A DNA stretch of 64,000 nt from Bryobacteraceae bacterium (lineage in GTDB: Bacteria; Acidobacteriota; Terriglobia; Bryobacterales; Bryobacteraceae): the NCBI GenBank assembly GCA_050008575.1, contig JBEKMJ010000029.1:16872-80871 (forward strand). Direction: 5' to 3'. The translations under genes and the position numbers were made by a program. The notes beneath the pieces are model-generated. The model was not told the DNA's origin. It ran no database searches and saw only the letters and a list, made by a program, of their open reading frames with translations. Below, one piece after another: positions 48,993 through 60,116 of this stretch (within the stretch, counting starts at the first letter, position 1; each line of letters begins with the position of its first letter).

Positions 48993-49226
48993 GGTGGGCG
49001 GCGCCTATCGCTATGTCTGGCGCAAGGAGGGTACACCGGTGAAGCATTGACAACGACTATTTTCGCCGAGGAAAGCGGCATTACCAGAACCATGATCGCC
49101 GTACTCTACGAATCGCAGGAAGCGCGCGACACGGCGCGGCGTTCCGGCATGGAACAGGGTGTGGCGGCAAGCTACAACCGGCTTGAGGAACTGTTGTCGT
49201 CGATGCTGGCCGCGCACCCGAAATAA
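48925..49226 (+). pseudogene. SRPBCC/AHSA1-like (Aha1-domain) gene remnant, in two pieces in different frames
   Basis: Frame-1 piece 'ELVRRWLLGPPGWTMPICEIDLKVGGAYRYVWRKEG' stops at 49048-49050. Frame-0 piece 'TTIFAEESGITRTMIAVLYESQEARDTARRSGMEQGVAASYNRLEELL' ends at 49226. The N-terminus and about 40 central residues of the usual domain are missing. Confidence 0.65.
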
Positions 49227-49256
49227 CCGCGCAAGGGAGCCCGCTGGAAAGAAATG

Positions 49257-51341
49257 CTATTTATCGAGCGCGGCTTCCAGCCTGGCCAGGCGCTCTTCCA
49301 GCGCGCGGATCTGTTGTCCTTGATCCCGGATCTGCTCCTGCTGCGTGGCGATGGTGGAACTCTGCTTCTGCAATTCGTTCAGCAGCATAGGGCCCAGCAC
49401 CTGGTACTTTACGGTCTCGATCTGGCCGTCCGCTGAGCGCGCCACCAGATCCGGATAGACGTCCGCCACCTCTTCGGCGATTAGTCCGTATTGGATGGGC
49501 TGCGACCCATCGTTGTACGGCTTTTTGTATCGAAAAGTCACCGGCCGCAGCCGCAGCAGCCCGCTGCTCGAGTCCGCCATATCCTGGATGTCCTCCTTGT
49601 AGCGCCGCGACGAAGAAGCGATGCCGAGTTGCCCGCTGGAGTTCACCAGCACCGCCGCGCCCGTGATGTTCGCATTGTAAATACCGGCGATGAAAGCGGA
49701 GGTCTGGCTGCCCTGGGTCCCGATGCGGATGACGGCGCTATCGGTGGAGGCGCCAAAGTTGCCGATCTCGATGTTATTGCTGCCGGTGGTCGCGAATGTG
49801 GCGGCGTTGGCGCCGAGGGCGATATTGTTGCTGCCGGTGCTGATCGCCGCCAGCGCGGCGTAGCCGAAGGCCGTATTATTGCCACCGGTGGTATTGCTGT
49901 ACAACGCGTTGAAACCGCCGGCCGTATTGTAGCTCCCGCCGGAGTTGAAAGTCAGGGCGAAGGCGCCGCTGGCTGTGTTCTGGCCGCCGGTATTGTTGGA
50001 GTTCAGCGCGTAATAGCCGCTGGCCGTGTTGTAGCCCCCGCTGGTGTTGGCTTCCAACGCGTTGTGGCCGTCGGCCGTGTTGGCGGTCCCGGTGGTGTTG
50101 GCGTTCAGGGACTGGAAGCCGCTGGCCGTATTGAATGCCCCAGTCGTGTTTAATTCCAGAGATCCCGCGCCGTTGGCTGTATTGTCGGACCCGGTAGTAT
50201 TTGCGAACAGCGCCTGGAAACCGCTGGCCGTGTTGTAGCCCCCGCTGGTGTTAAAAAACAGGGCCGATGCGCCGCTGGCTGTGTTGTTGGACCCGGTGGT
50301 GTTTGCGACCAGGGCGGAGTCCCCGCTGGCCGTGTTAGCGGACCCGCTGGTATTCGACTCCAGCGCGTCTACGCCGCTGGCCGTGTTGAAGTTCCCGGTG
50401 GTGTTGCTGGAGAGCGCCTCGTTCCCGACGGCGGTGTTGCTGAAGCCGGTGGTGTTGTGGTCGAGCACTAGGGGGCCGACCGCGGTGTTGCCGTACCCGG
50501 TGGTATTGACTTGCAGCGCATTGGTGCCGATGGCGGTATTGAAGGTTCCCGTGGTGCTGGGCGCCAGTGCCCCCAAGCCCGCGCTGAAGTTGTAGGACCC
50601 CGTGTTGGGGGCCTGCAGCACCGGCAATCCGCTTGCCGACAGAATGTTCCCGCCCAGCGTGAGATTGGAATCCACTTTCGCACTGCCATTGACCTCCAGA
50701 CCGGCCGCGGGTGTGGTGGTTCCAATGCCGATACCGCCGCTGCTCTGGTAGATCGAGGAATCGGCCAATCTCGAGCTGCTGGTGAACCTGGAGATATAAC
50801 CGGCTGTACCGGTGCCGGTGAGGGACGGCAGCGCGGAGGCCGCGACCGTGGCTGGCGCCGGGGTCGCCGATTGGGCGGGCGGCGCGGCAGCCGATGAGCC
50901 TGCCAACATGTACGCCGAGGCCGGCATGCCCCCCAGCGTTTCCGCGTCCGCCGCCTTCAATGCGTAGGGAACACCCACCAGCAGAACGCGGGGTTCCTCA
51001 GGCGACCCCGGCAGTTGCGGCGCCACGCCCAGCCAGCGCGCCTTGCCGGTCGCGAACAGATCCAACGGCAAACCCTCCGGCCGCATGGAACCCAACAGCA
51101 CGGTGTAATGCCCCTGATCGTCGAGCGGCACGTTTTGAATCTCGCTCCACAGGGGCGCGCCGCCCTGCTGCTCCTCATATAAGGAGAAGGCGATTCCCAC
51201 AATGCCGGTTTGCGGCGCGCCCGCGGCATCCTTCACCATGCCGCTGAAGCTGGTCACACGCGGAACGAGAGGGCGTTGCTGCGCCATGATCGTCCCGGCG
51301 AAGCAGAAACTTAAACAGAAGCAGGCTGCGCGATTGGTCAT
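49257..51341 (-). CDS. Secreted tail-fibre-like protein: signal peptide, N-terminal domain, ~19 x 14-aa Hep_Hag-like repeats, and a C-terminal S74-type intramolecular chaperone domain
   Basis: Signal 'MTNRAACFCLSFCFAGTIMAQ'. Repeats follow 'NTASG..AL..NTTG..'. C-terminal 'SSRRYKEDIQDMADSSSGLLRLRPVTFRYK...QYGLIAEEVADVYPDLV...VKYQVLGPMLLNELQKQ' plus a coiled coil. Confidence 0.85.
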   Translation of the reverse strand: MTNRAACFCLSFCFAGTIMAQQRPLVPRVTSFSGMVKDAAGAPQTGIVGIAFSLYEEQQGGAPLWSEIQNVPLDDQGHYTVLLGSMRPEGLPLDLFATGKARWLGVAPQLPGSPEEPRVLLVGVPYALKAADAETLGGMPASAYMLAGSSAAAPPAQSATPAPATVAASALPSLTGTGTAGYISRFTSSSRLADSSIYQSSGGIGIGTTTPAAGLEVNGSAKVDSNLTLGGNILSASGLPVLQAPNTGSYNFSAGLGALAPSTTGTFNTAIGTNALQVNTTGYGNTAVGPLVLDHNTTGFSNTAVGNEALSSNTTGNFNTASGVDALESNTSGSANTASGDSALVANTTGSNNTASGASALFFNTSGGYNTASGFQALFANTTGSDNTANGAGSLELNTTGAFNTASGFQSLNANTTGTANTADGHNALEANTSGGYNTASGYYALNSNNTGGQNTASGAFALTFNSGGSYNTAGGFNALYSNTTGGNNTAFGYAALAAISTGSNNIALGANAATFATTGSNNIEIGNFGASTDSAVIRIGTQGSQTSAFIAGIYNANITGAAVLVNSSGQLGIASSSRRYKEDIQDMADSSSGLLRLRPVTFRYKKPYNDGSQPIQYGLIAEEVADVYPDLVARSADGQIETVKYQVLGPMLLNELQKQSSTIATQQEQIRDQGQQIRALEERLARLEAALDK
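49752..50594. repeat. 42-nt-period coding tandem repeats inside the tail-fibre-like gene
   Basis: Periodicity is seen in the protein (aa ~280-560 of the ORF-track translation). Boundaries are approximate. Confidence 0.8.
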
Positions 51342-51441
51342 ATTTTCCCTCTTGGACTTGAGACTGTTTTGAGTGCCCCCGGTGGCATACGGCCCCGGAT
51401 TGGAGGCAGTATAACACTTGACCAAATGCAAATGGCCGCGG

Positions 51442-51526
51442 CCCCACGGCGGGGGTGCTTAGCGGTTTCTATCCGTCAGGATCCCCAAAGCTGTTAAGCA
51501 CCCCCACGGCGGCGCATGGCGCCGCC
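51442..51526. repeat. Intergenic hairpin element: 11-bp stem GGGGGTGCTTA/TAAGCACCCCC, CCCCACGGCGG twice, and the GGCGGCGCATGGCGCCGCC module
   Basis: Read directly. The 19-mer at 51508-51526 shares 18 nt with 46336-46354 and is the reverse complement of the module at 46230-46248. Confidence 0.6.
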
Positions 51527-51540
51527 CTACACGAAGAGTG

Positions 51541-51570
51541 TAGACTTTTACGACAAACAGGTCTTATAAT
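51541..51570 (+). promoter_or_regulatory. Candidate promoter TAGACT-N18-TATAAT upstream of nifJ
   Basis: TATAAT at 51565-51570. The GA-rich SD 'agagggggaag' lies just before the TTG start at 51618. Confidence 0.4.
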
Positions 51571-51617
51571 ATGTCTTAAAGCATTCTAGCCATCCGCAAT
51601 CCGAAGAGGGGGAAGTT

Positions 51618-55195
<3,578 letters not shown>

Positions 55196-55196
<1 letters not shown>

Positions 55197-56212
55197 TGCT
55201 CGACCTATCCAAGACTATCGACCTGACCACCACTTATCTGGGACTGAAGCTGCGCAATCCGCTGGTGGCTTCTTCCTCGCCCATGTGCGCTGACATAGGT
55301 AACATCCGCCGCATGGAAGACGCGGGCGCGGGGGCCGTGGTGCTGCACTCGCTGTTCGAGGAGCAGATCACGCTGGAGAGCTACGAGCTCGACCGCTTCC
55401 TTTCGGCTGGAGAGAGCGTCGGAGCGGAAAGCACCACGCAATTACCCGATATGCTCGGCTACAACCGTGGACCCGAAGGCTACCTGAAACACATAGCCAA
55501 GGTCAAAGCGGCGGTGCGCATTCCGGTGATCGCCAGCCTGAACGGCACTTCCGTGGGTGGCTGGCTGAAGTACGCCGTGGAGATCGAGCAGGCCGGCGCG
55601 GACGCACTGGAGTTGAACATTTATCACATCCCGGTCGACCCGGAAGTGACCGCCGACCAGGTCGAACGCAAATACTGCGACCTGGTGCGCGAGGTGAAAT
55701 CGGCCGTGAGCATCCCCGTGGCCGTGAAGCTGGGGCCGTACTTCAGCGCGATGGTGAATATGGCCAAACGCCTGGAAGCCTCCGGCGCGGATGGCCTGGT
55801 GCTGTTCAACCGCTTCTACCAGCCCGATTTCGACCTGGAAGCCCTGGAGGTGGTGCCCAACCTGATCCTGAGCAACCAGTATGAATTGTTGCTGCGGCTG
55901 CACTGGATCGCGGTGCTCTACGGCAACGTCAAACCGGACCTGGCGCTCACCGGCGGCGTCCACACCGCGACGGACGTGGTGAAAGCCATGATGGCCGGCG
56001 CGAAGGTGGCCATGATGACTTCCGCGCTGTTGAAGAAAGGCATCGGTTATCTGGATACCATGTTGACCGAGTTACTCATCTGGCTGGGCGATCACGAATA
56101 CGATTCGATCCGGCAGATGCAGGGCAGCATGAGCCGCAACGCCGTGCCGCAGCCGCAGGCCTTTGAGCGGGCCAATTATATGAAGGTGTTGAGCTCGTAC
56201 GCGATGGGGTAG
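55196..56212 (+). CDS. Dihydroorotate-dehydrogenase-like flavoprotein (PyrD family, class-1-like)
   Basis: 'LKLRNPLVASSSPM', 'ALELNIY' and 'IPVAVKLGPYF' fit the DHOD/DHPD TIM-barrel pattern. The start overlaps the nifJ stop (TAATG), and AGGAGG is at 55183-55188. Confidence 0.85.
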
Positions 56213-56603
56213 GTTCTGCACCAGTGCACCGTCGCCCGCGTGGAGGCAGATCGGCGTCCTTGGCCCAAAGCTCCGTGGTATTCCACCTACCGGCGACCGC
56301 GATGCAGTTGGGGCGGTAACCGGAAACCCCATCGACATCCCGGCGCGAAATGGAATGAAAGCGTGACCACCGTTGAAGCTCCGAAGTTGAAGGAGCCCAC
56401 CTTGGATCCGGTTCTTGTGCGGGCGTATACGCGGGCTGTGGGACGGTGTTCTCATTAAATTCCGCCGGCTTCACGCCGGTTTATCCCGACGCTATGGTGC
56501 CTGCGCCACGATCCTGGCTTAAAATAGCTTAATTGGCGTCCGCGAAACCGGCTGTGCCCGTGCGGGCGTCTATGGTTTTGGTTTTCTCCGACAGGTGTAT
56601 CGG

Positions 56604-57407
56604 ATGGCGCAGACCGGGAAGCCTCAACAGGCCCGCATCAACGGCCAGATCATCCTCGACCAGCTTGCGCGCAACATGGAGCTGGGGCAGTTCGAGATGG
56701 GTTACAGCGTGCTCGTGCCGTGCATCTTCAGCGTCTACCTGCACCCTGGCGATTTCGAGCGCCTGGCCAACATCCAGGACCTCATTAAGGAAGATGCCGC
56801 CCGCGCGCTGGCCGCCCGCCTGACGCAGTGGAACGGCAAACAGCCGCTATTCAAGCGCGGCAAGAAGCAGAAGCTGTATCGCATCGCGCGGCACGACTGG
56901 TGGATCGAATTCTTCGCCGATAGCGAGAACGTGGTGCCGCCGGGCGACGTGGAAATACACTCCGAGCTGAACGACGTGCCGCAGCCCGGATACCGCGGCA
57001 TCAAGACCACGCTGATCGGCCGCGAGACCTCCGTCACGGAAGCTCGCGTGGCGCGCGACCGCACGCTGACGCGGCGCGGCGCGGACCAGGTTTTCGCAGA
57101 AATCCGCTACGAGGACGATTCCGGACCGCAAAGTTACTTCGTCACGCAGAACGAGATCTCGATCGGTCGCGGCGGCCAGGATCTCTCGGTGGATTTGCCC
57201 CTGTACACCAACGATGAAGTATCGCGCGAACATCTGCGGCTGCGGCGGGATCCGGCCACCGGCGGATTCACGGTATCGGACAACAGCCGGAACGGCACCT
57301 GGCTGAACGGACGCAAGCTGGCGCGCGGGACCGAAGAGCCGCTGCCGGACCGCGCGCGCATACAGGTGGCGGACGTGATCACGCTGTCGTTCGAAGCGAA
57401 GAGATAG
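56604..57407 (+). CDS. FHA-domain protein with an FhaA-like (DUF3662-like) N-terminal domain
   Basis: C-terminal FHA: 'ISIGRGGQDLSVDLPLYTNDEVSREHLRLRRDPATGGFTVSDNSRNGTWLNGRKL'. N-terminal 'VLVPCIFSVYLHPGDFERL' resembles DUF3662. An alternative GTG start is at 56595. Confidence 0.85.
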   Translation: MAQTGKPQQARINGQIILDQLARNMELGQFEMGYSVLVPCIFSVYLHPGDFERLANIQDLIKEDAARALAARLTQWNGKQPLFKRGKKQKLYRIARHDWWIEFFADSENVVPPGDVEIHSELNDVPQPGYRGIKTTLIGRETSVTEARVARDRTLTRRGADQVFAEIRYEDDSGPQSYFVTQNEISIGRGGQDLSVDLPLYTNDEVSREHLRLRRDPATGGFTVSDNSRNGTWLNGRKLARGTEEPLPDRARIQVADVITLSFEAKR

Positions 57408-57418
57408 GGTTAAGAGAC

Positions 57419-58345
57419 ATGGCGGCGGCCGTCCAATGGCGTTCAGGCGTGGCTACGGATACGGGACTGGTGCGCGCGTCCAACGAAGACCGCTACTGGA
57501 TCGACGACGACGGCGGGATTTTTCTGGTAGTGGATGGGGTGGGCGGCCACGCGGCCGGCGAGATCGCGGCGGAGACGGCTGTCGAGGTCATTCGCGGCGA
57601 TTTGCAGGTGTCGAGCGGCGGCGCGGAGGACCGCGTGCGGCGGGCGATCGCCGCGGCCAACAACCGGATCTACGACCTCGCGCAAGGCTCCGGCGATCTC
57701 CGCGGCATGGCCTGCGTGCTCACGTTGGCGCTGGTGGACGCGGGCGAGATGGTGATCGGCCATGTGGGCGACTCGCGGCTGTATTTGATCTGGAATGGCG
57801 CAATTCGCAAGCTCACACCGGATCATTCGCCGGTTGGCGAGGGCGAAGACGCCGGCGAATTGACCGAAGAACAGGCCATGCTGCACCCGCGGCGCAACGA
57901 AGTCTTCCGGGACGTGGGCACGCGGCCGCACGCGGCGGGCGACGACGGTTTCATCGAGGTCCGCCGGTGTCGTTTCAAGCCGGAAGCGGCATTCCTGTTG
58001 TGCAGCGACGGCCTGAGCGACGTGTTGCCTTCAGTTGCGATCCGCGACATCGTGGAGCGCTACCAGGGCGACGCGGCGCAAGTAGCCCGCGAACTGGTGG
58101 AGGCTGCCAATGAGGCCGGTGGCAAGGATAATATTACGGCCTTGTTCGTGGCCGGCGAGGAGTTCCGCGGCCGCACGCGGGAAGCACGCGAGCGGCATGC
58201 CACCACACGCATGCGGGCGGCGCCGGCCCTTGGCCCACGGCGGCGATTCTTCGCCGGCCGCATCGCTTTCCTGTTTTATGGAATGGTGTGCGGCATGCTG
58301 CTGGGCATCCTGCTCATGGCCATGTGGCGCGAGGTGAAAGGATGA
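57419..58345 (+). CDS. PP2C-family Ser/Thr phosphatase with a C-terminal membrane anchor (PstP-like)
   Basis: 'TDTGLVRASNEDRY', 'FLVVDGVGGHAAGEIAAE', 'LLCSDGLSD' and 'GGKDNITALFV'. The TM segment is 'IAFLFYGMVCGMLLGILLMAMW'. Confidence 0.9.
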   Translation: MAAAVQWRSGVATDTGLVRASNEDRYWIDDDGGIFLVVDGVGGHAAGEIAAETAVEVIRGDLQVSSGGAEDRVRRAIAAANNRIYDLAQGSGDLRGMACVLTLALVDAGEMVIGHVGDSRLYLIWNGAIRKLTPDHSPVGEGEDAGELTEEQAMLHPRRNEVFRDVGTRPHAAGDDGFIEVRRCRFKPEAAFLLCSDGLSDVLPSVAIRDIVERYQGDAAQVARELVEAANEAGGKDNITALFVAGEEFRGRTREARERHATTRMRAAPALGPRRRFFAGRIAFLFYGMVCGMLLGILLMAMWREVKG

Positions 58346-60003
58346 CTATGCAGCCCGCTACGCGCTTCGGACGCTACGAGATCATCCGCCGTCTGGGCAA
58401 GAGCATGAACGACGTGTATCTGGCGCGCGACACGCGCGAGAACCGGCATGCCGCGCTGAAGCTGATCAAATCCGGCCCGGATGCCGTTTCGCAACTGATC
58501 CTGGAGGCGGAGCGCCGCGGCGCGGCCATTCAGCAAACTCTGCGCGCGCTGGATCCGCGCGTGATCGAGATCTACGATTATGGCGACTTGGACGGCTATT
58601 TCTATGTCGCCATGCAGTACGTGGAAGGCCGCAACCTGGCGGAAGCGCTGAAGCACGATGGGCGGATGAGTGGTTATCGGGCCGCGCGCATCGCACTGGA
58701 GATCTGCGCCCAACTTGAGAAGTTCCACGCATTCCGGCCGGGCGATGAGGTGGCCTCATCGGTGGTGCATGGCGACATCAAGCCTTCGAACATTCATCTG
58801 GGTCCCAACGAAACCGTCCGGCTGCTGGATTTCGGGATCGCCAAAACGCTGCGGCCGGATCGCGATTCCACCGTCCACAGTTTCGGCAGCCCCAGCTATT
58901 GTTCGCCGGAGCGGCTGGGACGATCGCTGCTCGATCAGCAAGCCGATTTGTGGGCCGTGGGTGTGACGCTCTACGAAATGGTGGCGGGTGCGCCGCCCTA
59001 CCAGGCCGAAAACACGCGCAAGCTGGAAAGGTTGATCCAATCGCGCAGGCCGCCGCGCGCCTTGCCGGCCACCTGCCCGGCGCCGCTGAAGGCCGTGATC
59101 CGTAAAGCTCTGGCGCCGGATGCGGTGCGGCGGTACAAATCGGCCGCGGCATTCGGCGGCGATCTGAAAGCGTTTCTGGAAGGCGCGGAGACGGTGGCGG
59201 CGGGAGAGAAGCGTGGCGCGTGGAAGCCGAATCCCACGGTCGAATCCGGGCAGGCGTCCAAACCGAAGCGAGTCCGGCGGCCGTCCCCAATCAGAGGCCC
59301 TCTACGAGTGGCGGGGCGCATCGCCGGCGCGCTCGGCTGCGTGCTGGCCGGAATGGTCCTTTTTATCGGGACCAGCTATTGTTCGCGTTATTGGCGGGCC
59401 AACCGGAAGGCGGATCTGAGCGCCGAATGGTCTTTATACGGCGATCTGCGGATGCAGTTCGGCTTCCTCGGCAGGTATTCGCCGGCGGAACGCATGCGCG
59501 CGCCGCTACTGGCAGCGCATGAGAAGGCGGGTGCACAGGCGTTGGACAGCTCCGACTGGGAGAAAGCGGAGTTCTGTCTCGCCCGCGCGATGGATCTGGG
59601 CGGCGGCCCGGACATCGCCGGCAAGCTGGCGCTGGCGCGCGGAAATCTCGCGTTGCGGAGCGGACAAAGCGACAAGGCTCGCGACCGTTTTCTGGAAGCT
59701 GCGCGCGATATGGCGCAATCGGCCGATCCGCACCTGGGGCTGGCGCGAGCGCATCTGCTGGCCTCGCGGCCCGGCGATGCACTCGCGGAATTGGCCACCG
59801 CCGAGCGGCTAGGCTACCGGCTCGGCCCGCCGGAGTTGGACGAAAGAGCGCAGGCTTACCGGCTGCGCGGTTTTGAGGAACTGCAGGCCGGGAGCGTGGC
59901 GGCGGCGCGCCAGGATTTCGCGGCCGCGGGTCAGCCCATTCCGGAGCCGGCGCCACCCAAGCGAAAGGCCGTGCCCAAGCCGAGGCCGCGCAAATGGCGG
60001 TAG
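58342..60003 (+). CDS. Membrane Ser/Thr protein kinase with an extracytoplasmic TPR-like helical-repeat domain (no PASTA repeats seen)
   Basis: 'FGRYEIIRRLGKSMNDVYLARD...AALKLIK' (Gly-loop/VAIK-type Lys), 'VVHGDIKPSNIHL' (HRD-type), 'DFGIAK' and 'SPSYCSPE'. TM segment 'IAGALGCVLAGMVLFIGTSY'. The ATG overlaps the phosphatase stop (ATGA). Confidence 0.9.
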   Translation: MTMQPATRFGRYEIIRRLGKSMNDVYLARDTRENRHAALKLIKSGPDAVSQLILEAERRGAAIQQTLRALDPRVIEIYDYGDLDGYFYVAMQYVEGRNLAEALKHDGRMSGYRAARIALEICAQLEKFHAFRPGDEVASSVVHGDIKPSNIHLGPNETVRLLDFGIAKTLRPDRDSTVHSFGSPSYCSPERLGRSLLDQQADLWAVGVTLYEMVAGAPPYQAENTRKLERLIQSRRPPRALPATCPAPLKAVIRKALAPDAVRRYKSAAAFGGDLKAFLEGAETVAAGEKRGAWKPNPTVESGQASKPKRVRRPSPIRGPLRVAGRIAGALGCVLAGMVLFIGTSYCSRYWRANRKADLSAEWSLYGDLRMQFGFLGRYSPAERMRAPLLAAHEKAGAQALDSSDWEKAEFCLARAMDLGGGPDIAGKLALARGNLALRSGQSDKARDRFLEAARDMAQSADPHLGLARAHLLASRPGDALAELATAERLGYRLGPPELDERAQAYRLRGFEELQAGSVAAARQDFAAAGQPIPEPAPPKRKAVPKPRPRKWR

Positions 60004-60012
60004 CATACCGCT

Positions 60013-60100
60013 GGAGGGCGGGCTTTAGCCGGCGAGGGACTTTAGTCCCGCCCTCGCTAGACCGGGGCGCAAGCCCGGCGCCGTCTAAAGCCCGCCCTCC
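60013..60100. repeat. 88-nt compound palindrome (perfect 16-bp outer stem, two inner hairpins) between the kinase and the SEDS-PBP gene
   Basis: GGAGGGCGGGCTTTAG (60013-60028) is the exact reverse complement of CTAAAGCCCGCCCTCC (60085-60100). Inner stems are GCGAGGG/CCCTCGC (60032-60038 and 60051-60057) and CCGGG/CCCGG (60062-60066 and 60073-60077). Confidence 0.9.
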
Positions 60101-60116
60101 AAACTGGGACATCGGC

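Noticed and set aside
56240-56458. 72-aa plus-strand ORF in the leader of the FHA cluster
   Set aside because: It has no SD and a basic, low-complexity sequence, and it overlaps equally long noise ORFs on the other strand.
59994-60116. N-terminal 41 codons of the track ORF for the SEDS-PBP gene (ATG at 59994, overlapping the kinase stop)
   Set aside because: This stretch is the 88-nt compound palindrome read as protein ('AYRWRAGFSRRGTLVPPSLDRGASPAPSKARPP'). The first TM helix begins right after it, so I placed the start at the TTG at 60117. That start is itself uncertain.
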